Source: Candidatus Altimarinota bacterium (GTDB lineage: Bacteria > Patescibacteriota > Gracilibacteria > UBA1369). Taken from it: 64,000 bases of DNA. Shown piece after piece: positions 50,906-60,351 of the stretch (its first letter is position 1; each line of letters opens with the position of its first letter). Under the pieces are notes generated by a model. The model saw only the letters and a list, made by a program, of their open reading frames with translations. It made no database searches and was not told the origin of the DNA. Made by a program: the position numbers and the translations under genes. The stretch lies in the NCBI GenBank assembly GCA_963677745.1, contig OY782391.1, positions 864,001 through 928,000 on the forward strand, written 5' to 3'.

Positions 50906-51652
50906 GTGAACAACAAGTACAATCATTTCGTCTGGTTTTTCTGCCTGTTAACAGGCTGTCAGAGTGACGATGCCGCACTGTTCGGCGAAGGAGGAGCTCC
51001 CGCCGGCGGAAACGGCGGCGCTGGAGGTGAAACGGGCATCGCCGGACAGGGCGGCACCGCAGGAACGGCTGGAGCCGGTGGAATTGCCGGTTCGGATGCC
51101 GGCGGCGCTGATGCAGGTGCCGGAGGAACTGCCGGTAGCGGTGGAATCGCCGGCAACGGAGGAAATGGAGGCGCCGGCGGCGCTCTGCCTCTGGTCTGCA
51201 CTCCTGGTGCGGCCGACAACCCTGCCTCATGGTCGATCAACGGCGGGACCAAAGCATCGGTCTATCTGCGCTACGCAGACGGCACCGAGGGCTACAGCAC
51301 CGCCAACCCCAGTAACATCAACTTCCCGCTGGATTTCCCGGGACAACTGGTGGGGTCCACGGCCGACGGCATGACTATCAACCTGATCTACAACTCAGGC
51401 TCGGCGCCCGGCAACGACTTCTACCAGGTGACGACGGACAACGTACCGGAATGCGCCGGAACGAACTTCTACAGCCAGGCCTGCGACCAGAAGGTGGCCC
51501 AGGACTTTCGCTGCCTCTACTTTCCTGCAGAGGAAGCGGATTGCGGCAACGTCAAGGCGGCCTTCCTCTCGCTGGGGAAGCAGAAGTCGTACTCGGCGGC
51601 CTTCGCCGGCAACCGGAAAGTGCTGGTATCCGTCCGCTGTTCCTCGCCCTGA
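50906..51652 (+). CDS. Gly-rich predicted lipoprotein with Cys-containing C-terminal domain (paralog 2)
   Basis: Lipobox LTGC; GG.AG repeats; VYLRYAD...FRC domain. Confidence 0.8.
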   Translation: MNNKYNHFVWFFCLLTGCQSDDAALFGEGGAPAGGNGGAGGETGIAGQGGTAGTAGAGGIAGSDAGGADAGAGGTAGSGGIAGNGGNGGAGGALPLVCTPGAADNPASWSINGGTKASVYLRYADGTEGYSTANPSNINFPLDFPGQLVGSTADGMTINLIYNSGSAPGNDFYQVTTDNVPECAGTNFYSQACDQKVAQDFRCLYFPAEEADCGNVKAAFLSLGKQKSYSAAFAGNRKVLVSVRCSSP

Positions 51653-51724
51653 ACCGGTCCTGCCGCAACAGCATATTTCCCGCCGTCCCATGTCTCCCAC
51701 CGAACCCCGATTCCATCGGGAGCA

Positions 51725-51860
51725 GTCGAAGATCAATGGCATCTCGCCCAGGCTTGAGTCACCAGACAACCGCAAGGTAGTAGTGACGCAGGCCAAAGCG
51801 GAAAAAAAGGCCCCGCGTGATCGTCCTTCCGGACTTGATCGCGCGGGGCTCTTCGACGTG
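51725..51860 (+). ncRNA. Structured 3' RNA element, copy 2
   Basis: Repeat of 50647-50784. Confidence 0.7.
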
Positions 51861-52316
51861 CCTGCCCGGCTCCAGCCCCCGCCCGAGCCCTGCAAAGTAT
51901 TGCTGCATGCAAATCGCGCCAGAAAAAATTTAACTAAAATTAACCGAAACTTAATCCTGATTTGTCATGATTGCGTCAATTTATCATGTCATTTCCGCTG
52001 TATGCTGCCGCTTCTGACCTCTGTCCTGATCTGGCTGCTGTTTATGGCCGTTTCCGGCCATCCGCCGCTGTCGCCGGGTTGAACCATTCTGTCTGCCACT
52101 TTTGTGCCCGGGCCCAAATTTATCCCGAATTTATCTTCATTTCATGCCGGCCTGCCATAATCAGACCCGGTCAGCTGCCCTCACGGCCCGGGCCCGGCTC
52201 AATCTAAATGCCCTGGAATAGCTCCGCGCCCCGGGCAGCTGCTCAAAAGACAATTTTCTTGGTATACATTCCCCGGTTTGGCATCGGCGTTTTTTTGTAC
52301 TATATTCAGCTCAGTT

Positions 52317-53078
52317 ATGAATACCAAACAAAATCTGGAAATTGTGACCCAGCTGGTGCGCGGGGAGTTCAAACTCCGCTATAAATCCTCTTTGCTCGGC
52401 TACTTTTGGACCCTCTTCAAACCACTGATGTTGTTTGGGGTGATTTATCTGGTTTTTTCGGTTTTCCTGAAAAGTCCCATGGAAAATTATTCGGTTTATC
52501 TGCTGCTGGGTATCATCCTCTGGACCTTTTTCACCGAGGCCACCATGACCGGAATGAACAGCCTGATCAGCAAACGCGACCTGATCACCAAAATCTTTTT
52601 CCCGCGCGAAAACCTGGTATTTTCCGCCACTCTTTCCAGTCTGATCACTCTGCTTCTGAATCTGGTTATCTTTGCGGTTTTCTTTTTCGGCGCCGGCCTG
52701 CATCCGGGCTGGAGCGCCCTGCTTTTTCTGCCTTATCTGGTTTTGCTGTTTCTCTTCACCACCGGCATCTCTTTGATTTTGGCCAGTCTTTATGCCCGTT
52801 TTCATGATCTCTCCCATATCTGGGAAGTGATCCTGCAGATCCTGTTCTGGATCACGCCTATCGTCTATGATCTGTCTTTTGTGCCGGAGCAGTATCGCAC
52901 CTGGCTTTACCTCAATCCCATGACCCAGTTTATCTCCTTTTCCCGCCGGATTTTTTTGATTGACCAGGTGCCTTCCCTCAAACAGCACGCTGTGCTTTTG
53001 CTCACCAGTCTGCTGGTATTCGGTATCGGTTACTGGTTTTTTAAAAAACAGGAATACAAAGTAGCGGAAATGATCTAA
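52317..53078 (+). CDS. wzm: Glycan ABC exporter permease
   Basis: FKLRYK.S.LG..W..., TPI.Y, LNP. Confidence 0.92.
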   Translation: MNTKQNLEIVTQLVRGEFKLRYKSSLLGYFWTLFKPLMLFGVIYLVFSVFLKSPMENYSVYLLLGIILWTFFTEATMTGMNSLISKRDLITKIFFPRENLVFSATLSSLITLLLNLVIFAVFFFGAGLHPGWSALLFLPYLVLLFLFTTGISLILASLYARFHDLSHIWEVILQILFWITPIVYDLSFVPEQYRTWLYLNPMTQFISFSRRIFLIDQVPSLKQHAVLLLTSLLVFGIGYWFFKKQEYKVAEMI

Positions 53079-53083
53079 CCTCA

Positions 53084-53830
53084 ATGACCCACCAAATTAC
53101 CCTCCAAAATCTGTCCAAAAGCTTCCAGGTGCCGCATCAGCGCCGCACTACCCTCAAGGACAGTTTTGTCGATTTTCTGGCGGTGGGGCTGTGGCGGCGG
53201 CCCGTCAATGAGAAGTTTTTTGCTCTGCAGGAAATCAATCTGCAGGTTAGTCCGGGAGAATTTGTCGGCATTATCGGGGCCAACGGCTCGGGCAAATCCA
53301 CTTTGCTTAAAATACTGGCCGGCATTTACCGGCCGGATCACGGTCAGCACGAAGTCCATGGAACCATCGCTCCGCTGCTGGAACTGGGGATCGGTTTTCA
53401 GCAGGATCTGTCCGCCCGCGACAATATTTTCATCAATGCCGCTCTGCTCGGACTTTCCGCCCGGCAGACACATCAGCTGCTTCCGGAAATAGTGGAATTT
53501 GCCGAAATCGGACATTTTTTGGATCTGAAAATTAAAAATTATTCATCCGGTATGCGCCAGCGATTGGCTTTTGCCATCGCCGCTCACATCAATGCCGACA
53601 TCTACCTTTGTGATGAAGTCTTTGCGGTGGGAGACGAAAATTTCCAGGCCAAATGTCTGCGCGTTTTTCAACTGTGGCGCGAAGCCGGCAAAACCATACT
53701 GCTGGTTTCCCACAACACCACTCAAATTGCCACCATCTGCGACCGGGCCATCCTGCTGAAGGAAGGACGGATTGTGGCTGACGGCGGCGCACCGGAAGTG
53801 GTAGCCTGCTACCAGCAAAATATTTTATAA
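53084..53830 (+). CDS. wzt: Glycan ABC exporter ATPase, no C-terminal CBM
   Basis: GANGSGKST, YSSGMRQRL.F, DEV.AVGD..F; 248 aa. Confidence 0.92.
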   Translation: MTHQITLQNLSKSFQVPHQRRTTLKDSFVDFLAVGLWRRPVNEKFFALQEINLQVSPGEFVGIIGANGSGKSTLLKILAGIYRPDHGQHEVHGTIAPLLELGIGFQQDLSARDNIFINAALLGLSARQTHQLLPEIVEFAEIGHFLDLKIKNYSSGMRQRLAFAIAAHINADIYLCDEVFAVGDENFQAKCLRVFQLWREAGKTILLVSHNTTQIATICDRAILLKEGRIVADGGAPEVVACYQQNIL

Positions 53831-53990
53831 AATTTCCATTCCCGCCACCCCGACACCAGATAAATGAGTAGCCGTATTTTCGCGTTGGTAAGCAAGGATT
53901 TTACCTTTCCCGATCAATAAATTAGTGATAAATAATAAGCCTGAGTTGACTAATCAAAGGATTACCATCTGAATAGCCGGAAAGCTGCGC

Positions 53991-56900
53991 ATGATCAAAC
54001 AATCCAGAAAAATCCGTTTGCCCGCCGATCTGTATTCCCGCAATACGCTTTTTGGGCTGCTCACTGAATACATCCTCAAAGAAAGAAAACCGGAGGACAG
54101 CCGTCATAGTCTGGAAATTTTGGATGTGGGGGGGTATGAGGGCAAATTGGCCTGGTTTATGCCGCAACATACCCGCCTGACCATTCTGGACCGGAAGCCC
54201 TCGCCGCCGGACGGCAAAACCAGTTATATTCAGGGACAGGCGCAGCATCTGCCTTTTGCCGACAAAAGCTTTGATCTGGTGATCAGTTCGGACATGCTGG
54301 AACACCTGTCGCCGGAAGACCGGATGACGGCTGTCCGGGAAATGTTCAGGGTATCCAGGCGCCATGTGATTTTGGCCGCTCCCTTCAATACAATTTACAA
54401 TCAAAAAGCCGAGGAATATATAAATAAACAATTCCTGGACCACACCGGCCAGAATCATCCATTCCTGATCGAACACATTCAGAACGGATTGCCGGAACTG
54501 GAGGACTTGGAGCAGTATCTGGCCGAAAAAGCCTTTTCCTACATCAAGCTGGGGGAAGGGAATATCTACAATTGGTATCTGCAGCAGCTAACCACCGGGT
54601 CCAAACTCAACCAGCCCGAAACTCCCGGTCAGCCGCAGAGTTTCAATGATTTCTTTAATGAAAATCTGGATAAATTGGGGAATTTCCGCGCGCCGACCTA
54701 CCGCACGGTGCTCTTCTGCGATCAGCAGGAAGCCGTCGGTCGGCGCGCGCTGTTGGAACTGGTGGAAAACCACAATAATTTCCACACCACTACCTACCTG
54801 GAAGCCTATAAAAAAGCTTTTGACGAAATGCACTGGCTGCTCCGGCTGAAAGAACAGGAAATTATCAACAAAGAAGGCCGCAATCTGGAGATTTACCAGA
54901 AAATCAGCGATCTGGAAGAGCGTCTGGAAAACGAATGGGAACTTTCCAAACAGAAGGAAAGTAAAATCAAACTGCTCAATTCCCAGCTGAGCGAAGCTCA
55001 GTTGATTCTGCAGGAAAAGGATCAGCAGAATTTGAAACTCGGTGAACAACTTCAGGAGCAGCAGCAGCAACAGTCCGTGTTGCTCGGGCAGATCCAGGAA
55101 CATGCCCGCCAACTGGCCCTCTATGACACCCAGGTTCGCTCCCAGGATTTGCTTCTGGAAAGGCTTAAACAGGAGTTGGACAGCAGCCAGAAAAATGAGC
55201 AGGAATTGACCAATCTGATCGTACTGAAAGAACAATCCATCCATGAGAAAAATGAGGAACTAGACCGGAACAATTTGCAGGTTATCAATCTTCAAACCTC
55301 ACTGAACGAGTATAAGCGTGAGTTGGAAACCGTGCTGATGTCGCGTTCCTGGAAGCTGGTGCGGATTTACGGTACAATCAAAAACCTTATTTACGTCCGT
55401 CCCAAAAACCTTCTGCAAACTTCCTGGCAGGTTCTGCGTAAAATGGGTCCACGTGAATTTATTCGCCGCGCCCGCAGAAAAATTTTTAAATCAAAGCAGA
55501 CCGCTCTGCCGGCCTCCTCCGATTATCAGAGATATCTGGATGAAACAATTCTCTCCGGTTCCGACCAGAAAAAGATCCGGGAGGAAATCTCCGGTTTTGA
55601 ATACAAACCGCTGATTTCCATACTGGTACCGGTTTACAATGTGCCGGAAGTGTGGCTCAGGAAAGCCATAAAATCCGTGCAGGCCCAGCTGTATCCCAAA
55701 TGGGAATTGTGTCTGGTCGATGACGCTTCCACCGAACCGCATATCCGCACTGTTATGCAGGAGTTCGCCCATCAGGATAGCCGCGTCCGCGTCCATTTTC
55801 GTCCCCATAATGGCGGTATCGTCAAGGCTTCCAATGCCTGTTTGAAAATGGCCAGAGGTGCTTATGTGGGTCTTTTGGACAATGATGACGAACTGGCTCC
55901 GGAAGCTCTATATGAAGTTGTGAAAGCCCTGCAGGGCGCCCGCTACGATCTGATTTATTCCGACGAGGACAAACTGGAGATGGACGGCAGCCGGACGGAG
56001 CCGTTTTTCAAGCCGGATTTTGATCAGGATTTATTGTTTTCCAATAATTATGTCTGCCATTTCAGCGTTTTGCGGCGGAAAATCATGGAGGAAGTCGGGG
56101 GCTTCCGGGAGGGCACGGACGGGTCACAGGATTATGACCTGGTACTCCGTTTTACCGATAAAAAACGCCAGGTTCGCCATATCCCCAAAATACTTTATCA
56201 CTGGCGGAAGATACCGGGTTCCACCGCCGCCGAAGTCAATGCCAAGCCCTATGCCTATGAAGCGGCCAAAAAAGCCCTTCGGGACGCTCTGGTGCGCCGA
56301 AATATCAAGGGCGAGGTCACCGACGGTCTTTGGACCGGTTCCTACCGCCTGCGCCGGGAAATTCAGGGCGAGCCGCTGATCTCCATCATCATTCCTTTCC
56401 GGGATCAGGTAGAGGTATTAAAAAAATGTCTGGAAAGTGTTTTTGCCAAAACCACCTGGCAGAATTATGAGATTTTATTGGTCAATAATTCTTCCGAATT
56501 GTTGCAGACGCGTGAATACATGCGCGAAATCGAACATTGCCCGCGGGTCAGGCTGCTTCATTACAATGCCCCTTTCAACTATTCGGCCATCAACAATTTT
56601 GCCAGTCTCAAGGCCGCCGGGGAGTATCTGGTGCTTCTCAATAACGATACCGAGGTGATCGAACCCGACTGGTTGCAGAGTATGCTGGAACACGCCCAGC
56701 GGCCCGAAGTCGGTGCAGTGGGGGTCAAATTGATTTATCCGGACGAAACAATCCAGCACGCCGGCGTGGTGATCGGTATCGGGGGGGCGGCCAACCACGC
56801 TTTTGCTCATACTCACCGCGATCAGCACGGTTACTTCGGCCAGCTCAAAGTGGTACGCAGTTACAGCGCCGTTACGGGAGCCTGTATGATGGTCCGCAAA

Positions 56901-57200
56901 ACCGTTTTTGACGAGCTGGACGGCCTGGATGAGGAAAATCTGGCGGTTTCCTTCAACGACGTGGATTTCTGCCTGAGACTGCGGGAAAAGGGCTACCTGG
57001 TAATCTATACGCCTTTTGCCATGCTCTATCATCATGAATCACTGTCCCGCGGCTACAATGTCAGTTTCAATGAAGAATACTTTCTGCGCCGCCGTCACCA
57101 GGGAATTTTTGAAAAAGGTGACCCCTGTTACAATCCCAATTTATCGCGTGAAAGGCTGGACTTTAGTCTGAAAGTATTGGATAAGATAAAGGATGAATAA
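53991..57200 (+). CDS. SAM methyltransferase - coiled coil - GT2 - GT2 multidomain protein
   Basis: LDVGG, LPF.D.SFDLV...LEH; long heptad region; SRSWK; two GT2 domains (SILVPVYN/DDAS/DNDD and SIIIP/NND.E). Confidence 0.9.
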   Translation: MIKQSRKIRLPADLYSRNTLFGLLTEYILKERKPEDSRHSLEILDVGGYEGKLAWFMPQHTRLTILDRKPSPPDGKTSYIQGQAQHLPFADKSFDLVISSDMLEHLSPEDRMTAVREMFRVSRRHVILAAPFNTIYNQKAEEYINKQFLDHTGQNHPFLIEHIQNGLPELEDLEQYLAEKAFSYIKLGEGNIYNWYLQQLTTGSKLNQPETPGQPQSFNDFFNENLDKLGNFRAPTYRTVLFCDQQEAVGRRALLELVENHNNFHTTTYLEAYKKAFDEMHWLLRLKEQEIINKEGRNLEIYQKISDLEERLENEWELSKQKESKIKLLNSQLSEAQLILQEKDQQNLKLGEQLQEQQQQQSVLLGQIQEHARQLALYDTQVRSQDLLLERLKQELDSSQKNEQELTNLIVLKEQSIHEKNEELDRNNLQVINLQTSLNEYKRELETVLMSRSWKLVRIYGTIKNLIYVRPKNLLQTSWQVLRKMGPREFIRRARRKIFKSKQTALPASSDYQRYLDETILSGSDQKKIREEISGFEYKPLISILVPVYNVPEVWLRKAIKSVQAQLYPKWELCLVDDASTEPHIRTVMQEFAHQDSRVRVHFRPHNGGIVKASNACLKMARGAYVGLLDNDDELAPEALYEVVKALQGARYDLIYSDEDKLEMDGSRTEPFFKPDFDQDLLFSNNYVCHFSVLRRKIMEEVGGFREGTDGSQDYDLVLRFTDKKRQVRHIPKILYHWRKIPGSTAAEVNAKPYAYEAAKKALRDALVRRNIKGEVTDGLWTGSYRLRREIQGEPLISIIIPFRDQVEVLKKCLESVFAKTTWQNYEILLVNNSSELLQTREYMREIEHCPRVRLLHYNAPFNYSAINNFASLKAAGEYLVLLNNDTEVIEPDWLQSMLEHAQRPEVGAVGVKLIYPDETIQHAGVVIGIGGAANHAFAHTHRDQHGYFGQLKVVRSYSAVTGACMMVRKTVFDELDGLDEENLAVSFNDVDFCLRLREKGYLVIYTPFAMLYHHESLSRGYNVSFNEEYFLRRRHQGIFEKGDPCYNPNLSRERLDFSLKVLDKIKDE

Positions 57201-58227
57201 GCTTTCCCAACCTGTCGTTTCAGTGATTATTCCGGTTTATAACGGGATGAAATTCCTGCCCGAATGTCTGCCCAGTGTATTGGCTTTGGATTATCCGAAC
57301 CGGGAAATAATTGTTATTGATGATCATTCCGCCGACGGAACTTTTGAATACCTCAAAAAGCATTATCCCGATCTGACGGTGATCCGTCATGAAAAAAATC
57401 TGGGACTGGTGCGCGGTTTCAATGAAGGGTTCCGGATGGCCGGAGGAAAATACGTCTTTTATGTAAATCAGGACACTGTTTTTAGCCCTGACTACCTGAA
57501 AATATGCGTCCGAAAAATGGAAGAAGATTCGGGGGTGGCGGCCATTGCCGGAAAAATTTTAAAATATGATTTCGACGCGCACCGGCGCACCGGGATAATT
57601 GATTCGACGGGCTTGCAGATGCTTAAAAACCGCCGTGTATTGGACCACGGACAGGGGGAAGAGGACCGGGGACAACACCAAAAGGCCGGCCGCGTTTTCG
57701 GCATAACCGGCTGCTGCCCGCTCTACCGCCGCTCTGCCCTGGCCGAAATCGCCATTCCGCTGCCCGGCCGGCCCCATCCCGAACTGTTTGATGAGGATTT
57801 TTATATGTACAAAGAGGAAGTAGACCTGGCCTGGCGCCTGCGGCTTTTCGGCTGGCAGGCCTGGTACGAACCCGCGGCGGTGGCTTGGCACGGCCGCGCC
57901 ACCGCCGCCGTCAAACGCCCGGGTTATCTGGGTATTCTCCGCAACCGCGGCCGGCTTTCCGCTTTCCAGAAATATTATTCGATCAAGAACCGTTATCTGA
58001 TGCAGCTGAAAAACGAGTTGCCGGCTCTCTACTTTCGTCACTTTCCGCGTATTTTCTGGAACGATTTGCTTTATTTTATGTATAATTTGTTTTTTAATAT
58101 AAAAAACATCAAAGCCTACTTTGCCGCTCTGGCACAATTTCCCCAAATGCTGGTCAAAAGGCGCTGGATAATGAAACACCGCCGGGCCTGCAGCAGCGAA
58201 ATGCAGCAGTGGTTTAAAACCAAATAG
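57193..58227 (+). CDS. GT2 glycosyltransferase
   Basis: SVIIPVYN, IDD.S.D, N.D, FDE.F.MY.EE.DL..R. Confidence 0.92.
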   Translation: MNKLSQPVVSVIIPVYNGMKFLPECLPSVLALDYPNREIIVIDDHSADGTFEYLKKHYPDLTVIRHEKNLGLVRGFNEGFRMAGGKYVFYVNQDTVFSPDYLKICVRKMEEDSGVAAIAGKILKYDFDAHRRTGIIDSTGLQMLKNRRVLDHGQGEEDRGQHQKAGRVFGITGCCPLYRRSALAEIAIPLPGRPHPELFDEDFYMYKEEVDLAWRLRLFGWQAWYEPAAVAWHGRATAAVKRPGYLGILRNRGRLSAFQKYYSIKNRYLMQLKNELPALYFRHFPRIFWNDLLYFMYNLFFNIKNIKAYFAALAQFPQMLVKRRWIMKHRRACSSEMQQWFKTK

Positions 58228-58229
58228 TC

Positions 58230-60335
58230 ATGATCAAAAAAACAAACGGCAGCGACATGGTCCGACCGGCAAAAAAAAACGGTAACCACAGTCTCAAATC
58301 GGCCAAATCAAATCACAATGCCTGCAACTTCAAAGTTTGTGATGAGGATATCGTGAAGCAGGGGTTGTTGGACCGGTTTATTGAATGGCATATTTATCTG
58401 CTGATTGTGCTCATTCCCCTGGCCTTCTGGCTGGATACGCAGACCATCTTTACTCTGCCCAAACTGCTGATTCTCCGCACCGTCAGCCTTTCCGCCGCCG
58501 TTTTCATCCTGATGAAATTTTTCCGTGACCGCGAGGTCAAACTGGTTTTTCCGGGGCGCAGCCTCTTTCTTGGTTTCTGGCTGATCAGCCTGATTCTCAG
58601 TACTATATTTTCAATCAATCCGCTGACCAGTGTTTTCGGACAATACGGTCGTTACATCGGAATAATCACCTGTATCAATCTGTTTTTGATTCCCATTTAT
58701 CTTGCCACGTTTTTCCCCAAAGAAAAATTAAAAAAACTGCTCGGTCTTTCAGTAATAACCGCGGTCCTGGTCGGAATCTACGGACTTCTGCAATATGCCG
58801 ATTTCTTTGGTTTGTGGAAGCCTCCTTTTGAGTGGACCGATTCCCCCCAGAACCGCGTTTTTGCCACCATGGGACATGCCAATCATCTGGCCGCTTATCT
58901 GGCCTCACATTTTCTGATGCTGTCTTATTGCCTCTGTCTGCCGGAAAAAAAGCATGAAATCTGGCTTTTCCTGGGAAAATTACTAGGCATGGTCATTTTG
59001 GTGTGGGTGCTGATTCTGACAGCCAGCCGCGGCGCCATCCTGGCTCTCGTCGGCGCCACACTGCTGCTTATTCTGCTGCGCACCTGGAAATACCGGGCCA
59101 CCATGCGCAATCATATTAAAAGAATTGCGCTGATTACCGTAATCCTGGCGGCTATCGGTGGCACCTCTTATCTGATCTTTGCCGAGAAACTACAGGACTT
59201 GTCGCTTATTAAACGGACGGAGCAGACTATCACCTCCATTCAAAAAGGAGTTGTGCCCGAACGCATCAGTTTCGTTTACAGTTCCTGGTCCATGTTTCTT
59301 GATCATCCGCTGCTGGGTACGGGTTTGTCGACCTTCCGGGACGCTTATTCCACCTACCGACGCTCCGATTACTACATCGACGGGCCGGGTAATGCCCAGT
59401 ACATCACCATTCCCGAGTCGGCCCATGACGAATACGTAAATATACTTGCCACATTGGGACTGTTCGGGAGTATCTGTTATCTGGGAGTATTGATTGCCCT
59501 GTACAGTCTTTTGATCAAACAATACCTGAATGCCAAAACCGAACATGAGAATTATCATCTGGCGGTTTTGGGAGGTGTCCTGATTTTTTCCCTGCAGACC
59601 ATTTTCAATTTCGGTGAAATTGTGAACTGGTTTCTCTTTGCTTTATTTACGGGGGTGGCCTTCATGGAGGACACGCGCTTCTATAAATTGCAGTTTCGCC
59701 TGTCCAATTACGTTGCCTATCCTCTGACCATAATTCTGCTTTTCGGAATTATCTGGGGATTTAAATTCGGGGTTTTGTCGGAGGGGATTGCCGATTATTA
59801 TTACCGGCAGGCCAATCTGGCCAATGCACGCCAGCAGTATCAGTTGGCTGACAATTATTTTCAGGTTGCCACCTCGTCCAAACCGCTGGAATATCAGCTG
59901 TGGCAGTCCTATGGAGATTTTTCCATCAATGCTGCCGTAGCCGTGGCCAAAACCAGCGTTGATAATTACAAGTCCACCACTGAATACCTCAAACAGGCGG
60001 TTAATTCATATCAGGAAGCGATCCGGCTCAATCCCCATTATCCCAGCACTTACCACAATCTGGCCCTGGCCTATTTGCAGTTAAACCGCATTACGGGAAA
60101 AGGTGAGTATAAAACCGAAAGCTGGAAGAATTTCCAGTTATCGGTAAAGAAATCGCCCAACAATCCCCGTTATCTGTATGAATTTGCCCGTAAACTGCAC
60201 ACCGAATGGAACGATCGTCAGGGAGCAGTCCGCTTGCTGCGGCAGGCCCTGGACATTGCTCCGGGCTATCCGGAACCCCAGGATTATCTGGACTTCCTTT
60301 ATAAATACCATCCGGAATTGATGAACGTCAGATAA
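58230..60335 (+). CDS. O-antigen ligase-like (Wzy_C) oligosaccharyltransferase with C-terminal TPRs
   Basis: About 12 TM segments, G..N, T.SRGA, HP..G.G, SAH.E; TPR-like tail. Confidence 0.85.
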   Translation: MIKKTNGSDMVRPAKKNGNHSLKSAKSNHNACNFKVCDEDIVKQGLLDRFIEWHIYLLIVLIPLAFWLDTQTIFTLPKLLILRTVSLSAAVFILMKFFRDREVKLVFPGRSLFLGFWLISLILSTIFSINPLTSVFGQYGRYIGIITCINLFLIPIYLATFFPKEKLKKLLGLSVITAVLVGIYGLLQYADFFGLWKPPFEWTDSPQNRVFATMGHANHLAAYLASHFLMLSYCLCLPEKKHEIWLFLGKLLGMVILVWVLILTASRGAILALVGATLLLILLRTWKYRATMRNHIKRIALITVILAAIGGTSYLIFAEKLQDLSLIKRTEQTITSIQKGVVPERISFVYSSWSMFLDHPLLGTGLSTFRDAYSTYRRSDYYIDGPGNAQYITIPESAHDEYVNILATLGLFGSICYLGVLIALYSLLIKQYLNAKTEHENYHLAVLGGVLIFSLQTIFNFGEIVNWFLFALFTGVAFMEDTRFYKLQFRLSNYVAYPLTIILLFGIIWGFKFGVLSEGIADYYYRQANLANARQQYQLADNYFQVATSSKPLEYQLWQSYGDFSINAAVAVAKTSVDNYKSTTEYLKQAVNSYQEAIRLNPHYPSTYHNLALAYLQLNRITGKGEYKTESWKNFQLSVKKSPNNPRYLYEFARKLHTEWNDRQGAVRLLRQALDIAPGYPEPQDYLDFLYKYHPELMNVR

Positions 60336-60351
60336 ACCGGTTAGGGAGTTT

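Noticed and set aside
49920-51190. CRISPR or tandem DNA repeat in the GGC/GGA-rich tracts
   Set aside because: These are degenerate codon-level repeats encoding Gly-rich linkers, with no constant repeat-spacer period and no cas genes.
49630-51860. Integron cassettes (attC) or IS/MITE ends as the explanation for the repeats around the lipoprotein genes
   Set aside because: No RYYYAAC/GTTRRRY pair, no adjacent integrase or transposase, no target-site duplication seen, each gene has its own promoter, and G.U-tolerant pairing favours an RNA role. Not fully excluded.
51690-52270. Short ORFs 51690-52082 and 51971-52207
   Set aside because: The first overlaps the structured RNA element, which has indels between copies; neither has recognisable protein features.
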